64,000 bases of DNA from Lophium mytilinum (taxonomy: Eukaryota), in assembly GCA_010093605.1 (NCBI GenBank), contig MU004187.1:806001-870000 (forward strand), read 5' to 3'. The notes under the pieces were generated by a model. That model made no database searches, was not told where the DNA came from, and was given only the letters and a program-made list of their open reading frames with translations. Of this stretch, positions 37,930-49,762 are shown piece by piece. How positions within the stretch are numbered: the first letter of the stretch is position 1; every line of letters starts with the position of its first letter. Both the position numbers and the translations under genes were made by a program.

Positions 37930-38808
37930 GATGCCAGAAATGGGGCAGAGCAGCACGATGTCGGATGATAGAGATGCAGAAAACACCAAGAAACTTCGAG
38001 AAGTAGTAGTGATGGAGATCTCTGCGGTGTTTTCCACGAAGAACAGTCCAGATCTTTGTTGGTGGTGGAAGCAAGTAGGTTAAGAAAGTTCCAGGATGAC
38101 TGATGCACTACGAATAATAGAACAAAGGGGCTTTATCAGGGCCGAGAGAATAGGGAGCGGCTTTGTTCTTTAGTGAATAACGGCGAAGTGAAGTTAGGGG
38201 ACAAAGAAATTCGCTTAATACCAAACAACATTTGAGATTATGCTCTCCCAAACAGTTCAATGCCTAGCCAGCGGCAAAATTATTAGACATATTGCATAAT
38301 TCACGGGGCATATGTGGATATGCAATTGTATTATAAAAGTCTTGAAAATTGAATCGATATGGTGCCGGTATGTTGATTTAGATTAATAGCATCTCCATCA
38401 TCAACTACAGTCTTATCCCCCAACTTTCAGACCTATCATTCTGTCCTTTAGAAGTTTCTAGATAGCGTGCTGTCTATTGGAGTGTGGAATTGAACGTGTC
38501 AGGGTGTGTTAGCTGGCAGTGCCACGTCAACTTGCAAGAGCTGGAACATGTGCCTTCACTACCGTTGTGACAGAGAGTCTAGGAAACAGGTTGCGTCTTC
38601 AATATCTTTCGAGTACTTAAAGACTTCTAATGCTCGAAGGGTCACATCAAGATTCGTCCCAGACTTTGGAAGTGTCATGAGACGGCGATAGTCGGTTGGG
38701 AATATCTGTGATGCCCCTTTCATTCACGCAGCTACTTTACTTCACTACACATTCTCCACTTCCTCTAAAACGCCAGCAACTCGACTACATCTTACTCAAA
38801 ACTAGGCC

Positions 38809-40341
38809 ATGGTCACAAATATGGAACCTCATTCTGAACCTCATATGAAAATGGAGCGGTCTCAGTCCTCTTCACCTCCACGCTCTCCTCTCCCTGACAG
38901 TCGTGGAGATTCCTCTAGTGCCGAGGGTAATCGAACATCGGGCGCTCTCCATACTTCTCCTCAAGGAAGCGGGTCTAGGATTCAACATTTTCCATCGTCT
39001 GGTGCTCAAGCTCCAATGCCTTCCTCGCCCTGGAACACTCATCCTCATCCTCGTGTCGCCTCTGGAGCGACATCCCCTTTGAATCCCACATTTCCTGGCG
39101 CCCAGGCTTCTCAGGCGTCTTTCTCTCTGGACAGTCGGCAAAGCTTTGTGCATCCAGGCCCATTTTCTTCTCAGCGCCCTCCATTTCAGTACTCTCCCTC
39201 TCAGCACTCTCCTTCTTCTCTCAACCGCTCCTTCTCTTCAGCAACTCAACATCCCACCGCTCAGGGACAGCCATCCACGATTCAGGCTCCCGGACCATTG
39301 TTCTCCCACTACAGCTCCCTCTACGGAAGCGCACCCGTTTCTACGCAGTCCATCTTCCCGGACGGCCGCCATGCCCACTCCCCTCACCCACACACCCCCA
39401 GCAGGGCCCCTGTCCGCCGCGTTGACTTCTTCAAACCCGGTGCCGCCGCCACACGTTCCCGTGATGAAATCCAAACCTTCGCCCAGGCCGATGCCCACAT
39501 TGTCGGCGACCTGTGGTGGAAGCCTGCGCTTCCAGACCCCTCGATACCAACGACAGAAGCCGCCGTCATGGCCATCGCCACCCAATTCGAGGCCGCCATC
39601 TGGGACATTTCCAGCGTGCTTGTCCCACGCAACGGCAGAGTCGAAGCCTTCACGCCAGGCCCGAAGGCTCTCTACACCGCCGCAGACGTGTGGGCGATGG
39701 CGCTGCTCCTGGTCAATCAATTGGGATTGCTGTATGAAAAGGGCTGCTTCGTGCTGGTGTATGAGCGAGCGACCCAGCTGAAAGACGAGTGCTTGACCTT
39801 CGGGGAACGGGTGGTGTCCATGTGTCGGGTTCTGAAGGCGAACAAGAGTATGTGTGAGAGTCTGATGGCGAACAAGAGTCAGGTGATGAGGGATCTGGTG
39901 CATGCGCCGGACACTTTCTTCAAGCGGATTGTGGGGAATGTGGAGAGTAACAAGCTGAAAGGTGAGACGTTGAAGGCGGGGCAGGGGGTACTAGGCACGG
40001 GGAAGGTACGGAGGAGGTCGAAAACTGGAGTCTGGACTGTGGAGGAGCGAGGGACTGTTGATAGTAGAGTCCACGAGGAGAGTGGCAACGAGCGAAGCCC
40101 CAGCGTGGAGTCGCATAACGCGGCCTTGGCGTTGGCGAGTCTACGGGTTGGGGGAGCACGTGAGCAGGGTACGGCTGGAGCTGAGAGGCCACCTTGGGCT
40201 TTGGTTTACGCCTCTCCGTATGCGACTTATGCGACCACACCTTCTCCTCGGCCTGAAGCTATGGTACCGCTTAAGCGAACGATCTCTGATGGCGAAAAAC
40301 GACAGGCGCCAGAAGGCAAAGAGCGTCATGGTCAGCTCTAG
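38809..40341 (+). CDS. Cluster-family paralogue 10 (intronless, 510 aa)
   Basis: Domain WWKP..DPSIPTT, FEAAIWD, YTAADVWAMALLLV, LYEKGCF, LTFGERV, NKSMCESLM, VHAP, NVESNKLK. S/P-rich N-terminus. Confidence 0.88.
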   Translation: MVTNMEPHSEPHMKMERSQSSSPPRSPLPDSRGDSSSAEGNRTSGALHTSPQGSGSRIQHFPSSGAQAPMPSSPWNTHPHPRVASGATSPLNPTFPGAQASQASFSLDSRQSFVHPGPFSSQRPPFQYSPSQHSPSSLNRSFSSATQHPTAQGQPSTIQAPGPLFSHYSSLYGSAPVSTQSIFPDGRHAHSPHPHTPSRAPVRRVDFFKPGAAATRSRDEIQTFAQADAHIVGDLWWKPALPDPSIPTTEAAVMAIATQFEAAIWDISSVLVPRNGRVEAFTPGPKALYTAADVWAMALLLVNQLGLLYEKGCFVLVYERATQLKDECLTFGERVVSMCRVLKANKSMCESLMANKSQVMRDLVHAPDTFFKRIVGNVESNKLKGETLKAGQGVLGTGKVRRRSKTGVWTVEERGTVDSRVHEESGNERSPSVESHNAALALASLRVGGAREQGTAGAERPPWALVYASPYATYATTPSPRPEAMVPLKRTISDGEKRQAPEGKERHGQL

Positions 40342-41285
40342 GTTGGGTCGGAGGTATGGGATGGGATAAGTGGGAGTCTGGCGTGCTTCGGGAACATTTT
40401 TCCTTCATGTACACCAGATCACATCAATAATGGTAATGCTGATAAAGTACTGCATGTCAGTGTCTCGATATGGATACTACTATGCGCTGATTGCATTTAA
40501 CAAACCATTGAAAGCTCAAGGACTTCTAAAGACAGCAAGAACTGTACAGAATTTGTAGCGCCGTCGTAGACATTTTACCCTTTTTATCGGCTGACGTCCA
40601 GATAGACTCATTCCAAAATATCCACACTAGTTCTATTGCAGCTCTTCTATCCGGAACCGGCGGGCGAGCTGCACAGCAACAGATATACTCATACAATGTG
40701 ATAATTTGGGCTTATCGTCGTTAGGTATAGCCCGTGCTCAGAAACCCCATTCCAGACATCAATGCGACCTGGGGAAGGAAACTAAATGTGGAGAAGGGGC
40801 GATGATCTGGAGAACATCGCTTGGAGATGTGGAGACGGGAGTTCGGGAGAGCAAAATTCGAACAGGCTCTATCTAAGTTTACAGTAAATGATGAGCAGGT
40901 CAAGCCCAGGGGTGATTGAAGCGAGGTTCTTCGATCGGAGTAATTAGCGGAGTAATATTTACTTCAATCTTGTGAATGCATTAGGACCATACTCTTGCCT
41001 GTAGGAGGAAGGAAAATTCTGTAAGTTAGATGTGGATGCTACGAAGCGGCGGCGTAGCAAGACTTCCTTGGGTGTTTTCTTCGACAACTAAGGCTACCTA
41101 GGCTTAGAGGTTTTCTTTGGTAGCGCTACGGTGTACTTCGAGCACTAAGAAGCCCCAAATGAAACAGCACCAAGTAAACTTGGTCTTATTGGCGAACAAC
41201 AATGGATTTAAACCATGTCTTCCGTGTCCTGCAGTACCCCTCACCGTACATCGTACCCAAACCTGAATGACTTTATTTCGGAGGC

Positions 41286-42763
41286 CTACACGTGCTTCCA
41301 CCCTTCAGCCCTCTGTTCTGTCCTCGCCTCAATGGGAGTAATCATATCCTCCATGCTCTCACTCTCAATATCCCTCCCCTTCTTCCCCTCAACCCGATAT
41401 GTGCTCGTAACAACTATGTCCCCCTTCCCATTCTCAGTCCCTCCATTCATTGAGCTCAGTTTGAACCCACTCGATGCCGGATCCCTTTGTTTGCTACGAA
41501 AGCGGCAGAAGAAGGAGAGTGGATGAGAGCCCGATTTCGAATTTGAGGCATCGAGAGACGAAAATAGCCCGGGGAGGTGACGCTTGGCGAAGGGCTTCAA
41601 GACAGTGAGACAATTACAAATGACGCCGAAGTTTAGCTCGATGCTGGACCAAACGCAGGTGGTAGCTTCGTAGTAGGTTATATCGGGTTTGTTTTGGAGG
41701 TGCATGGTGTAGGTAATTCGGACAATGGATGTGAAAACGACGCTGTGAATGTGGATTCTTAGCATTCCCTAAATAAGAAGGGAAATGCCGGATATGGGAC
41801 TGTAGGGAAGACGAACCTGGAGCCGATCATGAATACAAAACCCAGTACTATCTTCTGAGGTAGCGGCATTTGCAGCTTAATTAGCATTGGCAGTGGCATC
41901 ACCATCATGGCGAAGTCGGTGGCGATATTCAGAATCGCCTGCCTTAGCGCAAGTTGATTGAGACAGTTTTCGTTGGCAGCATCGGTCGGTTGGCATCCTG
42001 CGCCAACAATGAATATAGTGGCAAGACTGTATGCGGTGATGATGAAGGCGATTATGTAAACACAAATGCGGAACCATTTGTTTGGATTGACTCGGTGATA
42101 TCTACGACTGTTAGTCTTCCGAATTGATCGGGATCATGGCGTGTCCGACGTGAACGCGGAGTGTGCCCACAGGAGGAGAATTGAGAATTTCGTTAGCATT
42201 GGCGACTAGTTATAAGTGATGACGATTCCAATCAAAAGCTTTGCAAACACAGTTAGAAGCCATCCCCTGGTCTCAATCGTGAATCAACATATCTTACTTT
42301 GAGATACATAGTCATGGCTGTCGCTGGGTTATCCCATATATGTCTTCCAAAGCCATAATTCATGCCTTCAATGCTTCTTAGTGTTAAAACAAATTGTTAG
42401 ACGTAGGTATGCACTCACACACGACGCAGAGAGCGAACATTGCAATCGAAAATAGCTATGCCGGGAAACTAGCAATGGCTTCCATAAAAGGACTTCTAAA
42501 GCATACTATAGCAAGTACAATAGCGACTGTAATGTGTAAAAAGATGAATACCATTTTCTGGGCGGATACTACTCACGGTCATCCCAACCAAACCTTTTCG
42601 GGATGCAACCCCTCGTGTACAGGCGCAGTCCCAGAACAACGAAAGCCGCAGCGAAAGTGCAAGAATAAGTCAGTATGAACCTCTGTTGAACAGGAGTTCG
42701 GCCGTAGAAACTTGGCTCCTGGCCTTTAGGCGGTGGCATAGCTAGGATGATCGTGGTAGCCAT
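41286..42763 (-). pseudogene. PTH11-like (fungal rhodopsin-type) integral membrane protein with one in-frame TAG
   Basis: Multi-exon. Motifs LRLYTR...FGWDD, GFGRHIWD, TKFSILL, NIATDFAMMVMPLP, WSSIELNFGVICNCL. In-frame TAG at 42206-42208 (YN*SPMLTK). Confidence 0.8.
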
Positions 42764-44171
42764 AGTGGAGTGATAAATTGATCGAGGGAGAACGCAGAAG
42801 AGGGCTGACCGATACTTCGAGGTTGACGTGAGACAGGAGGGTCGGTGAGGCTCAAAGGCGCTTGAAGGGCTGTCTCGATGGGGCGAGTTTTCCATACGCT
42901 TGGGGAGAGTCAAGCATTCTAAGACACCCTGCACTGGGGTCGGATGCGGGGATTGGTTTGGAAGGTCGCCCCTTCAAGGGCCCTTTTGAGGTAGTCTCTC
43001 GCGAGCCCTTGAGAGTAAAGAAACTTTACGGTGTTCAGCCGCATTTGGACTGATTCGGTGGCGGCGGAGAGAGCCGAGTGAAAGGGGTTACTTCACCTCT
43101 AAGTGAATGTGCCCCAGGGTACAACGCTGCGTATAAAATTAGATACTTAAAGGTTTAGGGAACGTAACCGGTATACTCTCAGCTGGCTATGAAAGAGTGA
43201 AAGTGAGTCTGTTCTCTCACACAAGCATGTCAGATCACAATAGCGAGATCTTCACAATCCCTAGGTCTCGAAGCCCGGTATTAGTATGATGATCTAAGAC
43301 TCATTTAGGAATCCGCCAGTCGGGGAACAGCATCCAATCAATTCGCACCCCTGGAGCGTGTTAGTTACAAGCTAATCGAGTCATATACCCTTCAAGGAAC
43401 CTGCGTGCTACAGTGAGTATAGATATAGCCCCCAGCCTTTGACTAACAATACCGCCCAAGCTGGACAGTGGTAGCTCAGTAGAACTCTTTCCATATACCA
43501 GCAATAAATCAGGTGTGAGTGTCTTTTGCTAGCCGTACTGTTCGAGCGAGTCTTGCAATGCGGAAAATAAGGCAAACAATCAACTCACCCTCTATCAACA
43601 GTAATCTACCTCCGGGACGAAGACGATATTTTCCGTCTGTTTGTGACATGCGATTCGCAGTAGAACTGGACTATATAATCCTGTCCACTAGAAATCCCAA
43701 CTGCCCAGCCATCGACGACAATGACCTTAGGCATCAGACCCACAAAAGTTCTCTTGGCAACGGTACGCCAACGCCAACTAAGGCCGGCCCGTTCCCGTCC
43801 CGCTGTCACGCTAGAGACATCCCGAAGTGCTTTGCGTCTCGAGAATGCCGATTGGGTACCTCCGTAAAGGAACCCCCCGCATCCGGACGGGTCAGCATAG
43901 CCGATGCGGCACGGTAAGTAGGGTCTAGGTTCGCTTCGTATGTTGATTGCTCGGATCCTTCCAACGAAGTCTAACGTCTGTGACTAGGTGTTTGACCCAC
44001 TTACCATATTGTGGGTCGCTGAGAACTAATGCAACCACGCACGTCCACGTTGTCTTTGCTGACGTACCTTTTGGGCATGTAAGCGAAGGTCGTCTTATCT
44101 GCGGAATTCTGCTTTATATACCGGCCAGAAGTACCGTCGTCTGGGCCCAAGATAGATTCTCTATATCGACA

Positions 44172-46096
44172 ATGGGGACTTTGACCCAGCCAGTCGTGCT
44201 GGCGGTCGCCCGCGAACAGTCATCGACTGGAAATTTGTTGGTCTCGGCCTGCATTTCGCCCTTCGTTCTGCACCGGGTATTTCTCAAGAGAGTTGAGGTC
44301 GAATTCCGCCCCGTCTCATTAGGCGCATGTTTTGGTGTCGCGTTCGTTGTGCTAGTGTATTGTTCTGGTTTTCTTCTGGCAATGGCATCCAGCGTCAGCT
44401 TCCTCGTGTCATTATGGGTGGATATGCTCGTCTACCGTCTTGCGTTCCATTCTCAAAAGCATTTCCCGGGGCCAGTACCTGCGAAACTTTCCAAGTTCTG
44501 GGCCGCGAAGCAAGTTCTCGACTCAAACTATGAGTGGTACACAGTTGCGTTGGTTTTGAAGGCAAAATATGAAATATGGCGATTATGTTCGAACAGGTAA
44601 CGAGCCCAATAACCCCTCGGCTTAGTATGGACCTGACGGTGCAACGCAGGGCCTCGAGAATTACTTATATTTGACCTCGAAGCAATTGCGCCTGTACTCG
44701 GATACTCGTCAAAGACGCTCAAAGGACCTTTTTACGACTCTATGGAAGACTCCGTGAATACCACTCGGGACAAGGAGTTCCACCGCAAGAGACGTAAGAT
44801 CTGGGATGATGCTATGAAGACCTGTAAGATTTTCTATATTGTTCAGTGCGAGTTAATATCTTGCTTACCACTCCTACTAGCTCTTGCCGACTATACACCT
44901 CGCATCGAAGACTCCACAGACAAGCTCTCGCACGGATCGGACGACACGCAGACTAGGCAATTATTTTGAATGATCTCATGATACACTACAACTACGATGT
45001 GATGAGCTTACTAGCGTATGGAAAATTGATGGGCTTTGTTGAAGGGAAATCAACTGAGGTCGCTGATTCGATCCTGAAGATTATTATGGATGGTGGTTAT
45101 GCAATTGGACTCTTACTTCATGTTCCGTGGCTTTTCACCATCGTCACGACATTTGCTTTTGCAATAGGGCCTCTGAAGCAATGGAACGATCGGTCGAGGC
45201 ATGAGATCGACGAACGCAAGAAGGTACGTCTATATCCTAAACCACAATTAGCTCTGGAAACATTTCAATGAGAAACCCGCAGTGCTCATCACTATCCGTT
45301 CATTGACACTACACCTACCTTCTCTCGGCTTTTCTGTACTTTGTCCCTTTCATACTTTACTAATCTCATGAAGGTCCAAAACCCCAAACCAGACCTAATG
45401 GCCCATCTCATCACGTCCACTCCCGACGACCACGCTGGCCGCGAACTTCTCTTCAGCGAATCTCGCCTTATCATCTCCGCGGGCTCAGACACTACCGCAA
45501 CCGCGTTGACCTTCCTCTCTGTACTCCTTTCCCTCCCAGAGCAGTCAGCCACTCTCGCCAACCTCCGCACTGGACTGGACTGCATTTTCTCCAAGCCCTC
45601 CAACGACAAAGGGGCTTTCAGCTGCATGCGTCCCCTACCCATACTAGACGCCGTGATTAACGAAGGCCTTCGACTGTACCCTAGCGTATACTTCCCCAGC
45701 CAGCGCGTCACCCCCGCCGCAGGAATGACAATCAATGGACGCTATATTCCGGGAGACATAAATATCTCCATCCCAGCCTACGCGCTCTCCCATGACCCAA
45801 GATGCTTTGAACAGCCGGATGAGTTCATCCCTGAGCGGTGGACCACGCGTCCGGAGCTTACTATCAACAAAGCAGGATCTATGCCGTTTATGACTGGGCC
45901 GTATGACTGTGCCGGGAAGAAGTTGGCGATGATGGAGCTGAGGAGTGTGGTGGCGAAGATTGTGAAGGATTGGAATTGGAAGGTTATAGGAGAGGGTGGG
46001 GAGAAGTGGGATCGGGCAGCGTGGTTTGGAGGCGTTAAAGACCATTCCATAGCTGGGGCGCCAAAGGCAAGGGTCGTGTTTGAAAAGAGGGTCTGA
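44172..46096 (+). pseudogene. Cytochrome P450 with frameshifts and a nonsense codon
   Basis: FPGP hinge, AGSDTT I-helix, EGLR, PERW, FMTGPYDCAG heme motif. 7-bp duplication at 44565-44578 shifts KYGDYVRTG out of frame; second shift near 44925-44930; TAG at 44954-44956. Confidence 0.88.
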
Positions 46097-46615
46097 TGGA
46101 TGGGTATGCCTTGACATTAAGTGATACAGACTAGACTTAGAGGTTTCTTTGATGATTAGCAAAGTGCTTTTGTGTGATGGAAGGTTTGATGGTAAGGTGC
46201 GTAGCATTGAAACAAGAAGCTGTTGGTATCAGAACTCCGTAATTGTCTTGTTTACCTCTTCAACAACTCTCTATGCTAGTAAAGATCTTACTCCCCTTCT
46301 TGTCCTTCAATCTGTACTCTTTCTACAGGCCGTTTCATGGTAGGGAAAACCCCAACTGATCTCGGCCCTTCTTTCCCCCCGTAAATCCTCCTTAGCCTCC
46401 AGTTGAAGGGTGTCATCGCCTGTGACAAAAGAGTAGCGGAAGAATAGCCATTCCGGGTCCCGGTGCCCACAAAGGCCAGCTCGCCTGAAATTGAACCCTT
46501 GCCAGGCCCATCACACAAACATCAGCTTCAACATCATCAGACCAATCCATCTTTACTTCCACCCCTCAGCGAACCTCGAAGCCCTCCACGGTCTCAGGTT
46601 CCAATTGCCCTCATC

Positions 46616-47803
46616 ATGTCTGGCAACCCGAACAACAGAGCCCCTGGCACGCCTAGCCAGCGAGGCCAGCAAGACCGGCGAGGCCAACAGTCTTCGCGCG
46701 GTGGTCATGGAGGTAGCCCTGGAGCCTCTCAACCGGGAAACTTCCAGCCCACTGGAGCGGGTGCCTCTGGGGAAAACCCAGACTGGAATCGTGGATCTCC
46801 CCTCCAACCCCACACCTCCCACGCCTCGGCCTATGGCATGTCCTCATCGCCCCCCCAGCCCCATCAGTCCGGAGGCATGCAGGACCCAAGCCAAGGAGGT
46901 CGTTACCCCCCGGCTTCACGCCTGGCCGCGCAATCCTATGGATCGCCGCACAATCTACACGCCCGCCAGATCTCGGATCCTGATACGGCGCGATCACACC
47001 GTGACTTCGGTCTGATTCTCTCAGACATCAACCAAGCCCGGCTTCGTCTGAACACTATCATCTGGCGTCCTCAAGCTGTGGACCAGACCGTCCCTGACTA
47101 CAAGGACCCAAATGTAATCTGGAGGCACGTTCGCGACCTGAAGCGAGCGATGCTCAACATTACAGGCTGCGTTGACAATGACACTCTATACTACACGCAC
47201 TGGAGCCCGAGGAGCCGCCACGACGAACGAGATGTAGAGGCCATCTGCTGGGCCATCATGGAGGAGCTTAGGAAACTGCATCACCATAAGATTGGTGCCA
47301 CATCATGGCACTATCGCTCCTTCATTGGGGCCCATGAGGTCGACGAAGACGCGGATGCTACTCGTCGCGATCGCCAGTTGAACTGGGCAAATCGGTTCAG
47401 ACTTATCGTGAGCCTGTTAGGTCGAAGCAAGACGCTTTGCGACGTCGCCATGATGAAAGGGCATTTGGAGCTGTTGATAATCTCACCTTATCGTATGGCC
47501 AATGCGTACAATGTCCCCATTGTCGCCGAAAACGATGCTCCGATCTTGACGCAGCCTCGCGGTGCAGGAGAGCCCGCTGCCCCTGAGTGGCCCTCTGCTC
47601 AGGCGACGCCATCTAGACGCGGCCGCGGCGCATCCGGTGACCTTGGGGCGCTCAGCCCGACACGCGGCCCTCCAGGATCTTGGGGCAGTCTTGGCGGAAG
47701 ACGTGGTAGCCGTAGTGGTGGTTTGGATGGCGCTCATGACGAAGAAGATCAAGATAACGACTTCGTCCAAGGCGGACTGCTCTACGATCCGTACATCCAG
47801 TAG
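46616..47803 (+). CDS. Cluster-family paralogue 11 (intronless)
   Basis: First ATG 46616. Domain IIWRP..DQTVP, VRDLKRAMLNITGCVD, DVEAICWAIM, LHHHKIG, LNWANRF, SKTLCDVAM, ISP. Confidence 0.87.
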   Translation: MSGNPNNRAPGTPSQRGQQDRRGQQSSRGGHGGSPGASQPGNFQPTGAGASGENPDWNRGSPLQPHTSHASAYGMSSSPPQPHQSGGMQDPSQGGRYPPASRLAAQSYGSPHNLHARQISDPDTARSHRDFGLILSDINQARLRLNTIIWRPQAVDQTVPDYKDPNVIWRHVRDLKRAMLNITGCVDNDTLYYTHWSPRSRHDERDVEAICWAIMEELRKLHHHKIGATSWHYRSFIGAHEVDEDADATRRDRQLNWANRFRLIVSLLGRSKTLCDVAMMKGHLELLIISPYRMANAYNVPIVAENDAPILTQPRGAGEPAAPEWPSAQATPSRRGRGASGDLGALSPTRGPPGSWGSLGGRRGSRSGGLDGAHDEEDQDNDFVQGGLLYDPYIQ

Positions 47804-49762
47804 GACAACTCTCAAGCTGAACAGCGGCTGGCTTTCTCCGACCATTTCCATCCACCAAAAGCACTAGCCCTCTCCTCCCTCTGAGCACAAAAGTTCCCCC
47901 TTCCCCCTGCTTCAACAACTCCCGTCTTCCCTAATTCCCCTATCTCCCGACACTGTGTTTCCTTTCTTTGGTTTGTTTCTTTCGGTCTTGCTCTAGCACA
48001 TGCGTCATGGCGTACAGACAGGACGGTTCGTGGTGCAGGTAATCCCCATTGCGAGTAATACCCTTCGCGAGCAGCAGGTCATTGGCCCCACTACGGGAGG
48101 ATAGGTAGCAGTCTCGAGGAGACAGAAAACTACAAAGATAAACAAATATTAGGTTTAGACCCATGTGTCAAGCCTGATTCTAGTGATAACGGTAGATTTT
48201 TTTGAGTGTGATGTGATCTTTTTGTCCCAGTAAATGACCAGTAACTAACCGTCCCGTATCTACACGTGACCCTCACGTGACCCTTTTACATCGTTGCAAC
48301 ATAGTAGCATACCTTGACCTACAATCTAAGTACTCTTACACTATAATGGACAGCTGCTGAGAAAGGGGTCATCCTACAAGTGCTAAATGTATTCTCATCA
48401 AATAGACGGTTGAATGGGGTATGACGGGCGAAAGCTAATCTAATACCCAGAATTTTCTTTCACAACACCAGAAAGCAGAATACTCCTGTCTCTCTAGCAC
48501 CTCGTCCGCCTTTCTTTTTCACCTATCTGCACATTATCCACGTTCCCATCCTCGCCATCATCACCAATGCCTCCTCCGCTTCGCCAACGGATACTTCGCC
48601 AGCCTCAACAACCGCGCCTTGTTCTTCTTTGTTCTCCTAAAGAAGCATTTTTATTATCCCAGAGCCTGCACAATGACCACTTACCTCTGCTCAGAGTCAA
48701 TCACGAGGTCCATAATCCCCAGCCCTGGCTTTAAGTCATTGCTGGCTGACCGCAACCTCGAATCTCTCCGCCGAAGCCAGATTACTTCCACCAACACCAC
48801 CAATTTCACAGTTTCTGGTTCATTGAGCCTCTGCATCTCGCAGTGACTACTCTAGAGTTCTCGATACTCTGCAAGGATTCCTAGCTATGGAGCAATTTAT
48901 CGTGACAGGTGTGGCGTTGTAGAGGCCGTAGGTAGTCCGCGCATCGTAGCTTTGTTGGTGATGGCGAGCATGGTGGTGGTTTGATTCGAAGAGGCCTTTA
49001 ACACGTATTGTGAGAGACGTTCAAGGAGAGTGTGAGTATTGTCGAGTCATATGTACTGGGAGAGGATTGGGAAAACTGGTACTCTTGGAAGAGCTTGAAA
49101 AGAGGGAGGTGGAGCCCGGTAGCCAAGCTGGAACGAGAATGGGTTAGCCAAGGAGGATGACGATCACATAAGATGGCGAGAGATATTCCTGGATCTTACA
49201 TCAGTATATCGTCTACTACGACTGGTCTAGTTTAGCTCAAATGGGGGTTCTACGTGTAGCGTTAGGGATTGGGATTTAGAGACAGATTATGATGCTAGGA
49301 CCTTGATATGACGGAACGTAGCATAAAAATAGTCACATCTAGGAGTTTAGCTGACCCAAAGTTCATTTCGCGTTTTTAGATGAGCTGGCGATGCGTGGTT
49401 GACTTGTACTGTTGAAGTGTTACATAGGTTCATCTACGGACGCATTTTAGGCTTCAGAAGAGCTCAACCCAGTGGAGAGGTGTCTGCAAGCTGTGCGTAT
49501 CATCATGCTTACTAACTCTACTCTATTCCGGAGCTGATATTCTGTAATAGCGGTGCTGTGGTCGCTCCCTGGCAATGATGCCGGGCCGCTGCCTGCCGTT
49601 CACTCCAGGGCTCGGACTGGGGCAAAACGCCGCTAGCGAACTTTCAGCCCACAAATTCTTTTTCCAGCTCGTACTTGTTCTTTGGATCAATCCACTTCTA
49701 TCACAAGCAAACCTACTCCACCTACTTCTCAACATCACTCCATCGGTCTAGTCAAGTCCATC

